Of a stretch of 64,000 nucleotides of DNA, positions 39,253 to 49,143 are shown one piece after another. Origin of the DNA: Dehalococcoidia bacterium (lineage in GTDB: Bacteria; Chloroflexota; Dehalococcoidia; GIF9; UBA5629); assembly GCA_003142375.1 (NCBI GenBank), contig PLME01000011.1, positions 14,599 to 78,598 of the forward strand, given 5' to 3'. The translations under genes and the position numbers were made by a program. Numbering within the stretch: position 1 is the stretch's first letter; each line of letters begins with the position of its first letter. A model generated the notes under the pieces. The model was not told the origin of the DNA. It was given only the letters and a program-made list of their open reading frames with translations, and did no database searches.

Positions 39253-40395
39253 CTATTTCACACCGATCTCGCGTGCTATTACGCGCAGTTGAATCTCGGA
39301 GGTGCCTTCGGTAATAGTTCCCAGCCGGGCGTCCCTGAAATAGCGCTGAGCGATGGAATCCTCCATCAGGCCGTAGCCTCCGCATATCTGTAATGCTTCC
39401 ATGGTAGTGCGTACTGCAGCCTCGCTGGCATGCAGTTTAGCCATGGCAGCTTCCCTAATATGCGGCCTGCCCTGGTCATATAGCCAGGCAGCCCTGTAAA
39501 TCATCCACCTGGCGGTCTCGATGTCCATAGCCATGCGGGCTAACTTAAAAGCGTTGGCCTGGAAGCTGCCGATAGTCTGCCCAAACTGCTTTCGGTCATT
39601 TCCATAGGCCAGTGCATTATCGTAGGCTGCCCGAGCCAGTCCCAGGCTGCGGGAGGCGTGGGAAATCCTTCCCCCCATAAGCGACTCTATCACATAGGGA
39701 AATCCTTTGCCTTCCTCCCCGATAAGGTTTTCTGCTGGCACTTGGCAGTCTTCAAAGCTAAGCTCGGCGATCTCACCGGATTTGGCGCAGAACTTGTACA
39801 GTTTGGAGCGGGTAAAGCCGGGCATGCCTTTTTCCACGATGAACAGGCTCATGCCACTGCGCGGCCCTTTGCTTTTGTCGGTATAGGCGGCTGTAACTGT
39901 AAAGTCGCTGATATTTCCGTTGGTAATGAATATCTTGGTCCCGTTCAAATAGTATTTTCCGTCTTTTTTGATAGCAGTGGTTTGCAGTGATGCAGCATCC
40001 GAGCCGGCATTGGGTTCAGTGAGGCCGAAGGATGCTATCTTACGGCCCTTTATAGCGGGCACCAGGTATTTCTGTTTTTGTTCTTCCGTGCCATGCTTGT
40101 ATATTGCCGCCGTGCCAATTCCGCCTTGCACCATGGTTGCAGCGGCAAATCCCACCGAATAATAGGCAACCTCTTCAACGGCGATGCACTCACCCAGCTT
40201 GCCCATCCCGGCAGCCCCGTACTCCGGCGAGTAGCTAAGGCATAAATAGCCGAGGTCTCCCATCATGGGGAATAATTTGACCGGAAAGGTCGAGGTTTTT
40301 TCAGCTTCGTCGACCAGGGGTGCCACCTCTTTGGATGCGAAGCTGCGTATGGCATCCCGTAGCATTTTTTGTTCTTCAGAAAGATCGAAATCCAT
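39253..40395 (-). CDS. bcd: acyl-CoA dehydrogenase, short-chain (butyryl-CoA dehydrogenase-like)
   Basis: 380 aa ACAD with catalytic Glu near the C-terminus (…YRAAWLYDQG…GGYG…). AGGAG RBS. Confidence 0.85.
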   Translation of the reverse strand: MDFDLSEEQKMLRDAIRSFASKEVAPLVDEAEKTSTFPVKLFPMMGDLGYLCLSYSPEYGAAGMGKLGECIAVEEVAYYSVGFAAATMVQGGIGTAAIYKHGTEEQKQKYLVPAIKGRKIASFGLTEPNAGSDAASLQTTAIKKDGKYYLNGTKIFITNGNISDFTVTAAYTDKSKGPRSGMSLFIVEKGMPGFTRSKLYKFCAKSGEIAELSFEDCQVPAENLIGEEGKGFPYVIESLMGGRISHASRSLGLARAAYDNALAYGNDRKQFGQTIGSFQANAFKLARMAMDIETARWMIYRAAWLYDQGRPHIREAAMAKLHASEAAVRTTMEALQICGGYGLMEDSIAQRYFRDARLGTITEGTSEIQLRVIAREIGVK

Positions 40396-40532
40396 TTTTT
40401 ATCTCCTGCAATTAAAGTACCGAACCAAGTTTAGGATTATAGTACAAACGGACAAATTTGAACAAGTGACCTATTTTCGGCCTTAGCGGGCTAATGGTAT
40501 AATCGCGCTGAATAAATGGTAGGAGGACTGCG

Positions 40533-41438
40533 TTGAATCCTGAAGAGACCTTAAATAAAATAAAAGTCGTGGGCGTTATTGGAGCTGGCGGAATGGGCAA
40601 TCAGATTGCGGAGCTCATGGCCCGTATAGGTGGCTACAAGGTAAATATCGTCGATATAAACATTGAATATGTTAATAAAGGCCTTGCGGCTATCGATGGC
40701 CGGCTGGAGAAATTTTTTGTCGCCAAAGGAAAGATGTCGGCGGACGAGAAGAAGGCATTGACCGATCGTATCAAGGGCACGGCCAAGCTGGAGGAGGCCG
40801 TCAAGGATGCCGACTTCGTTATCGAGGCGGTCATTGAGAATATGGCCCTGAAGAAAGATATCTTTAAGAAACTGGATGACTTCTCCATGCCTCATACCAT
40901 ACTGGCTTCCAACACCTCTTATTTGAACATAACTGAGATGGCTTCGGCCACCAAGAAGCCCGACAAGGTCGTAGGCATGCACTTTTTCAATCCTGTGGCC
41001 ATGATGAAGCTGGTGGAGGTTGTAAAAGGAGCCACCACTGCGCAGGAGACCTGTGAGGTGGTTCGTGCTCTTTCGCTTAAATTGGGCAAAGAGCCGGTGA
41101 TATGCCAGGATTTCAGTTATGGGTTCCTGGCCAACAGGGCTTACCGGGGCCTTTCGACGGAGGCAGTGCAAATGGTCTGGGAGAGGGTTGCCTCCCCGGA
41201 AGACATAGATAAAGCTCTTAAACTGGGTTACAACCTGCCAATGGGCCCCCTGGAGTTGTCCGATATGACCGGAGGCTGGGCGCTGAGAGCTTCCTCCGAG
41301 GAAGATGCCGTAAGAGAACTGGGCTCGGATAAAGGACGTCTGCATCCTTTGATCAGAATGATGGTCAGGGCAGGCTATACCGGCGGACCCGGTAAAAAGG
41401 GTATCTATGATTTCTACCGTGACGTGATTTCTAAATAA
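40533..41438 (+). CDS. hbd: 3-hydroxybutyryl-CoA dehydrogenase
   Basis: NAD-binding GxGxxG (VIGAGGMG). 3HCDH N and C domains. TTG start with GGAGG RBS. Confidence 0.85.
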   Translation: MNPEETLNKIKVVGVIGAGGMGNQIAELMARIGGYKVNIVDINIEYVNKGLAAIDGRLEKFFVAKGKMSADEKKALTDRIKGTAKLEEAVKDADFVIEAVIENMALKKDIFKKLDDFSMPHTILASNTSYLNITEMASATKKPDKVVGMHFFNPVAMMKLVEVVKGATTAQETCEVVRALSLKLGKEPVICQDFSYGFLANRAYRGLSTEAVQMVWERVASPEDIDKALKLGYNLPMGPLELSDMTGGWALRASSEEDAVRELGSDKGRLHPLIRMMVRAGYTGGPGKKGIYDFYRDVISK

Positions 41439-41497
41439 TAGTATTAAGGGACCGGCCGTCGGTCTAAAATTACATAATGTGCTGTTAGGAGAAAATC

Positions 41498-42283
41498 ATG
41501 AGCAGTGATTTTAAGACTATACTTTACGAGAAGAAAGGCAATGTGGCCTGGATTACTCTGAACAGGCCCGAGGTACTGAATGCGCAGAACGATCTTTTGC
41601 GTGCGGAGGTCGTAACGGCCCTGGAGCAAGCCAGGGACGACGACAATATCCATGCAATCGCTATCACAGGGTCTGGCGATAGAGCTTTCAGCGCTGGTGC
41701 AGATATAAGTGAGTTTCCCAAGAGATATCCCTCCGATATCATCAAATGGAAGGGCAGAAAGGGTCCTTATATGGTAATCAGGGAGTTGCCCAAACCGGTT
41801 GTAGCGGCTGTCAACGGCATGGCCTTCGGCGGCGGGTGCGAGATTGTCCTGGCATGCGACTGCGTGATCGCCGTTGAGGACGCCCAATTCGGGCAGCCGG
41901 AGGTACGGATCGGCGTTATACCGGGAGGAGGCGGCACACAGATTCTGCCCCGCTTGATAGGTGAGAAGAAAGCCAAAGAGTTGATTTTCAGCGGGCGTCC
42001 CATCACTGCAGCGGAAGCCCTGCAGATGGGAATGATCAATCAGATCGTTCCGCGCGACAAGTTAATCGAGGCTACAGAGAAGATGATAGAAGGCTTCCTA
42101 AAAAATAGCCCGGTTATATTGAAGCTGGCCAAGCTGTCGGTCAATAAATCGCTGGAAACTACCCTGTCGGTAGGTATGGACTGTGAGCGGGACCTTTTCG
42201 CCCTTTGCTTCGGCACAGAGGACCAGAAAGAAGGTGCCAAGGCATTTTTGGAGAAAAGAAAGCCGAATTATACAGGTAAATAA
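41498..42283 (+). CDS. crt: enoyl-CoA hydratase (crotonase)
   Basis: Crotonase fold with catalytic Glu-containing motifs (…GGGCEIVLACDC… EVRIGVIPGGGGTQ). Confidence 0.85.
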   Translation: MSSDFKTILYEKKGNVAWITLNRPEVLNAQNDLLRAEVVTALEQARDDDNIHAIAITGSGDRAFSAGADISEFPKRYPSDIIKWKGRKGPYMVIRELPKPVVAAVNGMAFGGGCEIVLACDCVIAVEDAQFGQPEVRIGVIPGGGGTQILPRLIGEKKAKELIFSGRPITAAEALQMGMINQIVPRDKLIEATEKMIEGFLKNSPVILKLAKLSVNKSLETTLSVGMDCERDLFALCFGTEDQKEGAKAFLEKRKPNYTGK

Positions 42284-42331
42284 GAATTCTGCGTTATAAA
42301 TGAAGCGGGGATGACGATTAGCACAAAATAG

Positions 42332-42568
42332 CTATCGAAGCTTCAGGCCTTGCGCCAGGATATCGCAGAGGTAATCGTCATGTCTCATATAATGATGTAC
42401 GGTTTCCTTATAGTCCTGTGCTTCTTTTACAAGTAAATCCAGCATGGCGTCTGCGCCGGCTTCGAAGATCATCTTTGCCATCTCCCATGAGGAATCGTCG
42501 CCGTAGGGATTGGTCCATCCTTCGGGACGGTAATTGATCTTTAGCTTCTCAGGCTGTGCTTCAGCCAT
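42332..42568 (-). CDS. hypothetical small protein (~78 aa from MAEAQPEK…)
   Basis: ORF directly downstream of the Cys-rich small ORF. Weak RBS. Confidence 0.35.
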   Translation of the reverse strand: MAEAQPEKLKINYRPEGWTNPYGDDSSWEMAKMIFEAGADAMLDLLVKEAQDYKETVHHYMRHDDYLCDILAQGLKLR

Positions 42569-42719
42569 GCTTTGCCCCAACCTTGCTGGTAGACTTTTCA
42601 AGCTTATCCCGGCCCTGGTTTTTAGTGTTTACCTTGGTAATGATTTCCAGCAGGCAATTGGTACAGATAATGGAGTCGCAATCGATCTTGGCGGCGCATT
42701 CAGCACATTCACACGGCAT
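42561..42719 (-). CDS. Cys-rich small protein, 52 aa (MPCECAECAAKIDCDSIICTNC…); an upstream GTG at 42770 is also possible
   Basis: Six Cys as CxCxxC-x6-CxC…CxxC. AAAGAGG 9 nt upstream of the internal ATG. Confidence 0.35.
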   Translation of the reverse strand: MPCECAECAAKIDCDSIICTNCLLEIITKVNTKNQGRDKLEKSTSKVGAKHG

Positions 42720-42988
42720 TTTAGTAACCTCTTTTGGGTTAGCCTCCAGGGTAACCCTCTTAATGGACACAGTATTACATAATTATATGTATCATTGAAT
42801 GACCATTAGTATCAAAAGAGTGACCAATATGGATATAATTCGATCATATTCGAGATGAATGGTTTACATAATATATACATGACTAATTTCCTAGTAAATT
42901 CAGTACTCTTAGGTGATTCACACGGTGGAAAGCAGGGTATAAGATAAGCACATAACTTAATCATTCTTTACTCTTTATTAAAACACCG

Positions 42989-43020
42989 GCGATGCCGTCG
43001 CTCCAGCGACGGCATTTTTA
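42989..43020 (+). terminator. intrinsic terminator hairpin (ATGCCGTCGCT-cc-AGCGACGGCAT + TTTTT) with no obvious upstream gene
   Basis: Perfect 11-bp stem with T5 in an intergenic AT-rich region about 170 nt upstream of the PAS gene. Confidence 0.5.
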
Positions 43021-43195
43021 GTATCTAAACTGACCTATATTCCCAGTACTGTGCAACAAAAGTACTAGCTTAAAAAGTACCAATAGGGGATAGCTAAGCG
43101 CTCAGAACAGCCTTATTCTATATGCGTCTGAATATTGTCGGATAGAGTTTTTGAGCCATCCTTGTAAAGGTGGTTGAAATAACGGAGGAGAAGAA

Positions 43196-43672
43196 ATGAG
43201 CACACAATTTAAGACTGAGAACCAGCATGAGCAGGGACTGACGGCACTTCGACGCTATGTTTCCGAATACGAGGAAATGGAAATCGAACGCAAGCAGCAG
43301 GAAGAAAAATTGCCGGTGAGTAAAACAAAAATTCGAGCTGCCGCCAAACAACGTAAGGATGCAATCTATATCAGTACCCGGGACGGTAAGTTCGTAAACA
43401 TCAACCAACAGATGTTGGACCTGCTGGGTTATGACATGGATGAGATGATGGGCATGGATATCAAGCATATTTGCGTGAATCCCGTTGACCTGGATAGGCT
43501 GCAAAAGGAGATTGACCAGAAGGGATACGTCATCAGCAACAGGCTGAAACTCTATAAGAAGGACGGCACCGAGGTGTCGTGCCTTATCACTTCCACTATC
43601 AGGTGGTATAACGAGGATAATATTCCGGGCAACCAGCCCATGTTCAAGTCCTGGGTCAGATGTGTTAACTAG
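43196..43672 (+). CDS. stand-alone PAS-domain protein
   Basis: GGAGGAG RBS. PAS core (AIYISTRDGKFVNINQQMLDLLGYDMDEMMGMD…). Confidence 0.7.
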   Translation: MSTQFKTENQHEQGLTALRRYVSEYEEMEIERKQQEEKLPVSKTKIRAAAKQRKDAIYISTRDGKFVNINQQMLDLLGYDMDEMMGMDIKHICVNPVDLDRLQKEIDQKGYVISNRLKLYKKDGTEVSCLITSTIRWYNEDNIPGNQPMFKSWVRCVN

Positions 43673-43683
43673 GGGCAAATAAA

Positions 43684-44304
43684 ATGCGGACTAAACTTAT
43701 TAACTATAAAAACAAGTTGTCAGATTTGCTCAATAAGAAAGCCCGGCTGAGCGGGCCGGGAGCAGCCTTGTTGTTAGTTGTACTCGTTCTTTACAGCGGC
43801 CTATCGATCGCCTGGGTACCTTATACGGACCCATATCGAACCGCATCTTATCCTCACACATCGATCTCTACGGCAGCTATGGAGCCGAACATCATGGTTG
43901 ACGCAGTTATCCCCGAGAATGTTACTTACGGTCAGATTTTTAATTTAGCAATTACGGTTGGGAACAACGGAAATGTTCCTGCCAATGATGTTCATCTGCT
44001 TTATAAGGCCAGTCCACAGGGGTTTTTCATCGTCCAGAATGTTGACCAGCCCGCCTGCGCTCTGGGTCAGGACAGTGAAGATGTCAGTCTCGGCACCCTA
44101 TCCACAAATGAGCTAAAGGAAATCAATTTCATGCTCCAGGTACCCTCTAAAGAGCAGGTGGCTGGCGTGTGGAGCAAGAACTTCAGGTTCGATTTCACAG
44201 TTTCTTACGATAACAGAGTCAATACATACGCGGGCTGCGTTGAATTACTGGTCAGGCACGGCAAGCTGCTTCTCATGAAAAAGGGTTTCACTCAGACAAA
44301 TTAG
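43684..44304 (+). CDS. membrane-anchored/secreted protein with a DUF11/CARDB-like beta-sandwich
   Basis: N-terminal TM (AALLLVVLVLYSGLSIAW). Motif NVTYGQIFNLAITVGNNGNVPANDV. 11 nt after the PAS gene. Confidence 0.5.
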   Translation: MRTKLINYKNKLSDLLNKKARLSGPGAALLLVVLVLYSGLSIAWVPYTDPYRTASYPHTSISTAAMEPNIMVDAVIPENVTYGQIFNLAITVGNNGNVPANDVHLLYKASPQGFFIVQNVDQPACALGQDSEDVSLGTLSTNELKEINFMLQVPSKEQVAGVWSKNFRFDFTVSYDNRVNTYAGCVELLVRHGKLLLMKKGFTQTN

Positions 44305-44313
44305 CATCGCTTC

Positions 44314-45855
44314 CTAGGTGGCGATTTCTGCAGAACCTCCTGCCTTTTCGATTTTGCCATGAGGCAGGAGGAATATCGAGGGTACCACACCCAACAATAC
44401 CACGATGGCACCGATTACGTAATTCATATCATAGGCAGTTACACTGGCCCTTAAATTCACGTATTGATATAGCGCGATAACGGCTTCATTGTACGAAGCT
44501 TCAGAAGTAAGGCCGCTCTGCATTAGAAGCGCCTGTATCCTGGATAAAAATCCTACAGCCATCAGGGAATTGGGCGTCATCGATTGGATGATATTCTCGA
44601 GATTGACCTTTTGGAAGGTGTCGAGCAGCGTGGCGAAGGCAGCAATACTTAACGATCCGAAAATAGTCCTGGATACATTCAATAATGACGACGCTTGAGC
44701 TGTCAGCCTGGGTGGCACGGAGGAAAGCGCGTAGGTCATTATAGGCATCATTGAGAGCCCCATGCCCATTCCGCGGATGAACAGCATGATCCTGAGAATA
44801 TCGTCCGGCGTGGAAACGTCCAGTATTTGCATATAAAGCGACATAACACCCAGGATAAGGAGTCCGATCACTGCCGGCACGCGTGGGCCTATCCTGTCAT
44901 AGAGCCGCCCGGATACGGTCATACCAATCATGGCGCCAACGACCTGCGGCAGCAACATCACTCCGCTGTCGAAAGCCGATAACCCGCGAAGTTGTTGGAG
45001 AAAAAGCGGCAGCAGGAAAATAATGGCATATAGGCCTATGGTCGTAATGAAAGTGAGACCGATGCCGACGGAGTACCCCTTATGTTTGAACATGCGGAGA
45101 TCCAGCATGGGCTTCTTTTCAGTGAGCTCGATTATTATCCACATCATAACGCAGAAACTGCCAACCATCAGCAGGGTGATGATTCGCCAGTCTGTCCAAT
45201 GCCAGGTGGGAGCGTACGAGAGGGCATATAGAATCGAACTGAAGCCAGCGGCTGCAAATATAAAACCCTTATAATCAAAAGTTGAACTGACCAGCGGTGT
45301 ATCCTCGATCCAGGCCAATCCCATCATAATTGCCGTTAATACGATAGGCACATTGATATAGAAAACCAGTCGCCAGTCCCAATATGTCACCAGGTACCCG
45401 CCGAGTGTGGGTCCTAATACAGGTGCTAGCATCATGGGGATGCCTAGCATAGCCATGGCTGAGCCACGCTTTTCCGGAGGAACATTCATATAGATGAATG
45501 TCATGGAGAGCGGATTGAGCACACCTCCGGATAATCCCTGCAATATCCTGAAGCCGATTAAAGAATCCGAGTTCCACGATAAGCCGCATAACACGGAACC
45601 GAGCAGGAATCCGATCTGGCTGGCCAGGTACACTTTCTTTATGCCGAACCGGTCGCTGAGAAATGCGGCGGCAGGTGTGGAGATGGCACTGGCCATCAGG
45701 TAAGCTGAGACAATCAGCTGCGCCCGGTCGGCTGTGGCATTGAAGACGGCCATTATATGCGGCAATGCCACATTCATAACGGTCTGGTCCAATATCTCCA
45801 TGAAAGTGCCGAATATGGCAACCGCCAGTATCTTGGACTCGCTTACCTTCGGCAT
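44314..45855 (-). CDS. MFS transporter, DHA2 (EmrB/QacA) family, 14 TMS
   Basis: 513 aa with the conserved motif A region (GRLYDRIGPR). Confidence 0.85.
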   Translation of the reverse strand: MPKVSESKILAVAIFGTFMEILDQTVMNVALPHIMAVFNATADRAQLIVSAYLMASAISTPAAAFLSDRFGIKKVYLASQIGFLLGSVLCGLSWNSDSLIGFRILQGLSGGVLNPLSMTFIYMNVPPEKRGSAMAMLGIPMMLAPVLGPTLGGYLVTYWDWRLVFYINVPIVLTAIMMGLAWIEDTPLVSSTFDYKGFIFAAAGFSSILYALSYAPTWHWTDWRIITLLMVGSFCVMMWIIIELTEKKPMLDLRMFKHKGYSVGIGLTFITTIGLYAIIFLLPLFLQQLRGLSAFDSGVMLLPQVVGAMIGMTVSGRLYDRIGPRVPAVIGLLILGVMSLYMQILDVSTPDDILRIMLFIRGMGMGLSMMPIMTYALSSVPPRLTAQASSLLNVSRTIFGSLSIAAFATLLDTFQKVNLENIIQSMTPNSLMAVGFLSRIQALLMQSGLTSEASYNEAVIALYQYVNLRASVTAYDMNYVIGAIVVLLGVVPSIFLLPHGKIEKAGGSAEIAT

Positions 45856-46134
45856 CTATAATTCCCGAATAGCTCTGGACAGAATTCTATAGTATATGCG
45901 GATATCAAATACGGGTTGAATGCTTTTGCATAATATGTTGAGATCATCGGGCGTATATTATTGGGCTGTGTAATTAGCTCTATATTATAAGACATCCGTC
46001 TGGATAACTACATGGTGCTATAGATAATACAAATGCAGTTGGGATCAATGGGATATGCTGCTTTTCCCCCACCTAAACCAAGACCGAGGTATAATGAATA
46101 TTAGCCCCGTATAAATTGGGGACTATGTAAGATC

Positions 46135-46779
46135 ATGCGTAAATTATTGCCCTTGGCAACTCTCATTATGTCGGCAGTATTAATTGCTTCTGCATCCTGC
46201 AATAAACCTGTTGCCGCTGAGGTGGAACTGAAATATGATAACAATTCCCTGAGAGAATATTTGCCGGTCAGCGCGCCGACTTTCACGGGCTACCTGGTTT
46301 CATTCGTTACCCCTACCAACAAGTTCACCATCAGGAAAATACGTATCAATGGGATGGTTGCTGCCTGGCGCCAGTACCAGGATAAGTCCATCGAATTGCA
46401 GATCTGGGATAAGGACAAGAAGGTCATATACCAGGACAGCTATCCCGACACTCAATTTCCCGTTAACCCTTACGATAACAAAACGGCATTTCGGCCGGAG
46501 ACTGCCTGGACGGATTTAGGTGTGCCTGATGTAATTGTCACCAGTCCTTTCTATGTACACATCCATTCCGACGACGGCCGGTGGGGAGAATTCCGCATGG
46601 GCGCGGATGACAGCGCTGTAAACAGCCATTCTGAATTAACCGTCAGAGACGGTAGTGTCGATATAGTACTTGACGGCTGGCCCTACTGGAGAAAGGACTC
46701 GGCGGGCCATGACCTGTGGTACGGTGATAAGTCAAAAGTGAACTGGATGGTACGTGTGGTCGGTGTGAATTCAAACTGA
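46135..46779 (+). CDS. hypothetical lipoprotein
   Basis: Lipobox LIASASC at the N-terminus. 214 aa. Confidence 0.5.
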   Translation: MRKLLPLATLIMSAVLIASASCNKPVAAEVELKYDNNSLREYLPVSAPTFTGYLVSFVTPTNKFTIRKIRINGMVAAWRQYQDKSIELQIWDKDKKVIYQDSYPDTQFPVNPYDNKTAFRPETAWTDLGVPDVIVTSPFYVHIHSDDGRWGEFRMGADDSAVNSHSELTVRDGSVDIVLDGWPYWRKDSAGHDLWYGDKSKVNWMVRVVGVNSN

Positions 46780-46851
46780 GGACGGGTAAACAAAGTAAAA
46801 AGGCCAGCATTAGGTGTATCCTGGGTAATGTAAGGGGGGTGACTCAATATT

Positions 46852-48087
46852 ATGAAGAAATGGAACAATATCCTGTCGATTATGACAGCCTTTGTTATTG
46901 CGACGGTCATTTTTATCGCAGGCTGTGGGGGGAAAGCCCAGACGCCAGTGCCCACCGGCCCAATCACCATTAAGGTTGGATTACCTACACCCCTGGATGA
47001 TCCGGCCGCCCCCTGGGGCAAAGCTAACATGGATCCATATCTAAGCTGGATTGACCTGTTTAACAGAGAAGGTCTCCAGGTAAACAATAAAACCTATAAC
47101 TTCAAATTGGTTGCGGCTGATGACCGTGACTCGCCGGAAGGTGGTGCGGCAGCAGCGAAACAACTCATCTATAGTGATGGCTGCAAATTCCTCGCGGGGC
47201 ACTGGAGCTGGAGCTACTCTGCAATATCGGCCATCTCCAATCCTGCCAGGGTAATCTTTGTAACCAGAGACGGCGGAGGCATTGAATATAACGCAGCCAC
47301 TCAACCATACAATGTTTTCGGCACTCCCGCAAAGGAAGAATGGGTAGCTGACGTGCTGGCGGCACATGCAAAATTCCCGGGCAGCAAGATCGGTTTTCTT
47401 GAGCCCGCTACAGGTCTCACTAAATCTGAAATACAAGAGATGAGCAAGCAATTCTTTGATCCGGCCGGGATGGTCTACCATTGGGAGATATATCCTGCGG
47501 GGACCAGTGACTTCGGCCCGTATATCCATGAGTTTGCACAAGAAGGCTGCAGTCTAATCTATCTGGATGCAGCTTTAGATACAACGGTTTCGTTCATAAA
47601 ACAGCGCTGGGAGGCGGGTTACAAGTGGCCGGTTGCCCAGGCGGGAGGTCTGGCCGACCTTGGGATATACACAGCGGCTTGCGGCTCCGACGCAGTGCAG
47701 GGCCTGATCGGTGGCTATTTCGGCATTTGGGATTTTAAGGAAACAATAGTCAATCCTAAATATGTAGCCATGTGTCAGGAGGTGATGAGAACCCTTTCTC
47801 AAAAACAGGATAAGGCGTATACATATAATGACTGGATAGGCTGGCTGCCGTCACACCTTCTTATCGTTGCCCAGGCTATGCAAAGGGCGGGTACGGTGGA
47901 TGATTCCGATGCCATTATGCAGGCCATCAGAGGCGGTACTTTCGATACAACGGCAGGCACATTTACTATGTCGGGAGAGAAAACCTACGGCTCGCCGATT
48001 GTGTTTGGCTGCCCGTGTGCAATCTGCATTGTCCAGGGTGACAGAGCTGTATATCTTTCCGAGCACCCGGTCAATTCCATACCCTGA
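46852..48087 (+). CDS. ABC transporter substrate-binding lipoprotein (type 1 periplasmic binding fold, Leu/Ile/Val-binding-protein-like)
   Basis: Lipobox IAGCGG. PBP1 fold features. No permease or ATPase genes adjacent. Confidence 0.7.
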   Translation: MKKWNNILSIMTAFVIATVIFIAGCGGKAQTPVPTGPITIKVGLPTPLDDPAAPWGKANMDPYLSWIDLFNREGLQVNNKTYNFKLVAADDRDSPEGGAAAAKQLIYSDGCKFLAGHWSWSYSAISAISNPARVIFVTRDGGGIEYNAATQPYNVFGTPAKEEWVADVLAAHAKFPGSKIGFLEPATGLTKSEIQEMSKQFFDPAGMVYHWEIYPAGTSDFGPYIHEFAQEGCSLIYLDAALDTTVSFIKQRWEAGYKWPVAQAGGLADLGIYTAACGSDAVQGLIGGYFGIWDFKETIVNPKYVAMCQEVMRTLSQKQDKAYTYNDWIGWLPSHLLIVAQAMQRAGTVDDSDAIMQAIRGGTFDTTAGTFTMSGEKTYGSPIVFGCPCAICIVQGDRAVYLSEHPVNSIP

Positions 48088-48148
48088 AAAGCCAGTCATT
48101 AAGTCAGATGTCAGCCGGAGATAAAAGATTGAAAGGAGGGCGAGGTTA

Positions 48149-48436
48149 ATGGCAAAACCGAAACGGACTACTTTCCCTGGCCATCAAATAATCGCTACAG
48201 TTAAGTCGGTCAAGGGCAACTGCTCTTGGGGACACGAAGCGGGTGACACCTTTCGCATAAACTGTCATGATACCGCCGGCCTTTGCGGCTTTTTCTATCA
48301 TGCTATCTTCCCTGACATTGCCATGCTCCAGTTTGGCGGCGGTTTCCCCAAAGAATGGGGTGACCCGGATGTGGTGACCGCAGAGTGCATGGACAAGATG
48401 AATCTGGTTAAGCTTGAACTTCGTAGAGAGAAATAG
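48149..48436 (+). CDS. TIGR04076-family small Cys-containing protein
   Basis: 95 aa. Pattern VKG.C..GH..GD.F.I….GLC….H.IFP….L.FGG.FPW….D..V.ECPD. AAGGAGG RBS. Confidence 0.55.
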   Translation: MAKPKRTTFPGHQIIATVKSVKGNCSWGHEAGDTFRINCHDTAGLCGFFYHAIFPDIAMLQFGGGFPKEWGDPDVVTAECMDKMNLVKLELRREK

Positions 48437-48488
48437 GGCTGTAAGATCCCCGACTGACAAAGGAATACAGTACAATGGTTTGTACAAA

Positions 48489-48734
48489 ATGAAATCGGGT
48501 CTGAGTGCAGCGTACAGCGTCTTCGTTTTGGCTCTTACCACTGTGATTGTGGTCTCACTACTTTACGTCACTGTTACCTCTATATCTTCGCCCACTAACC
48601 TGGAATGGCTGACCGTGATCGGCTTCATAATAGTGATTTACCTGGTGGGTATCGCCATAAGTTTTGCCGGGCTTTATGTAATAGAAAAACTGTTCAAGCG
48701 AGATAAGAAGCGGGCAAAGGCCGCTGTAGCTTAG
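48489..48734 (+). CDS. small membrane protein (2 TM)
   Basis: Hydrophobic ORF ending 1 nt before tRNA-Arg. Start uncertain. Confidence 0.35.
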   Translation: MKSGLSAAYSVFVLALTTVIVVSLLYVTVTSISSPTNLEWLTVIGFIIVIYLVGIAISFAGLYVIEKLFKRDKKRAKAAVA

Positions 48735-48735
48735 C

Positions 48736-48811
48736 TGGCGTCCCTGGGGGGATTCGAACCCACGACCCGCTGCTTAGAAGGCAGCCGCTCTATCCACTGA
48801 GCTACAGGGAC
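48736..48811 (-). tRNA. tRNA-Arg (anticodon TCT)
   Basis: 76-nt cloverleaf with anticodon loop CTTCTAA. One U:C mismatch in the T-stem. Confidence 0.85.
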
Positions 48812-48870
48812 TCATATGGAGTTTAACACAGCGAATTACGCGACTTCAACAGGCCGGATTGACTGCGATT

Positions 48871-49143
48871 TTATACGGTTGCCTGCTTTGGTGAATCAGG
48901 TTCTTTGACGGTGGTGGTCTCTTTGGCTGTTTCGACGGTTTTAGGAGGAAGTTGGGCTTCAGATGTAGTTTTGCTGTCGGTCACATAAAAACCGGAACCC
49001 TTGAAAATGATCGGAACAGGTACGAAAAGGCGCCTGGCCTCGCACTTGCATTTCGGGCAATTAGCGACGCTGTCATCATTAAAGCCCTGCCTGAGCTCGA
49101 ATTTTGTATTGCATTTTGAGCAAACATATTGATAAATAGGCAT
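48871..49143 (-). CDS. FmdB-family zinc-ribbon protein
   Basis: MPIYQYVCSKCNTKFE…CPKCK, the classic FmdB CxxC…CxxC N-terminus, with a low-complexity tail. Confidence 0.65.
   Translation of the reverse strand: MPIYQYVCSKCNTKFELRQGFNDDSVANCPKCKCEARRLFVPVPIIFKGSGFYVTDSKTTSEAQLPPKTVETAKETTTVKEPDSPKQATV

Noticed and set aside
40551-41345. 264-aa minus-strand ORF
   Set aside because: Antisense to hbd, with no features.
43118-43678. 186-aa minus-strand ORF
   Set aside because: Completely antisense to the PAS-domain gene, which has a strong RBS and a recognisable domain.
47041-47541. 166-aa minus-strand ORF
   Set aside because: Antisense to the solute-binding-protein gene.
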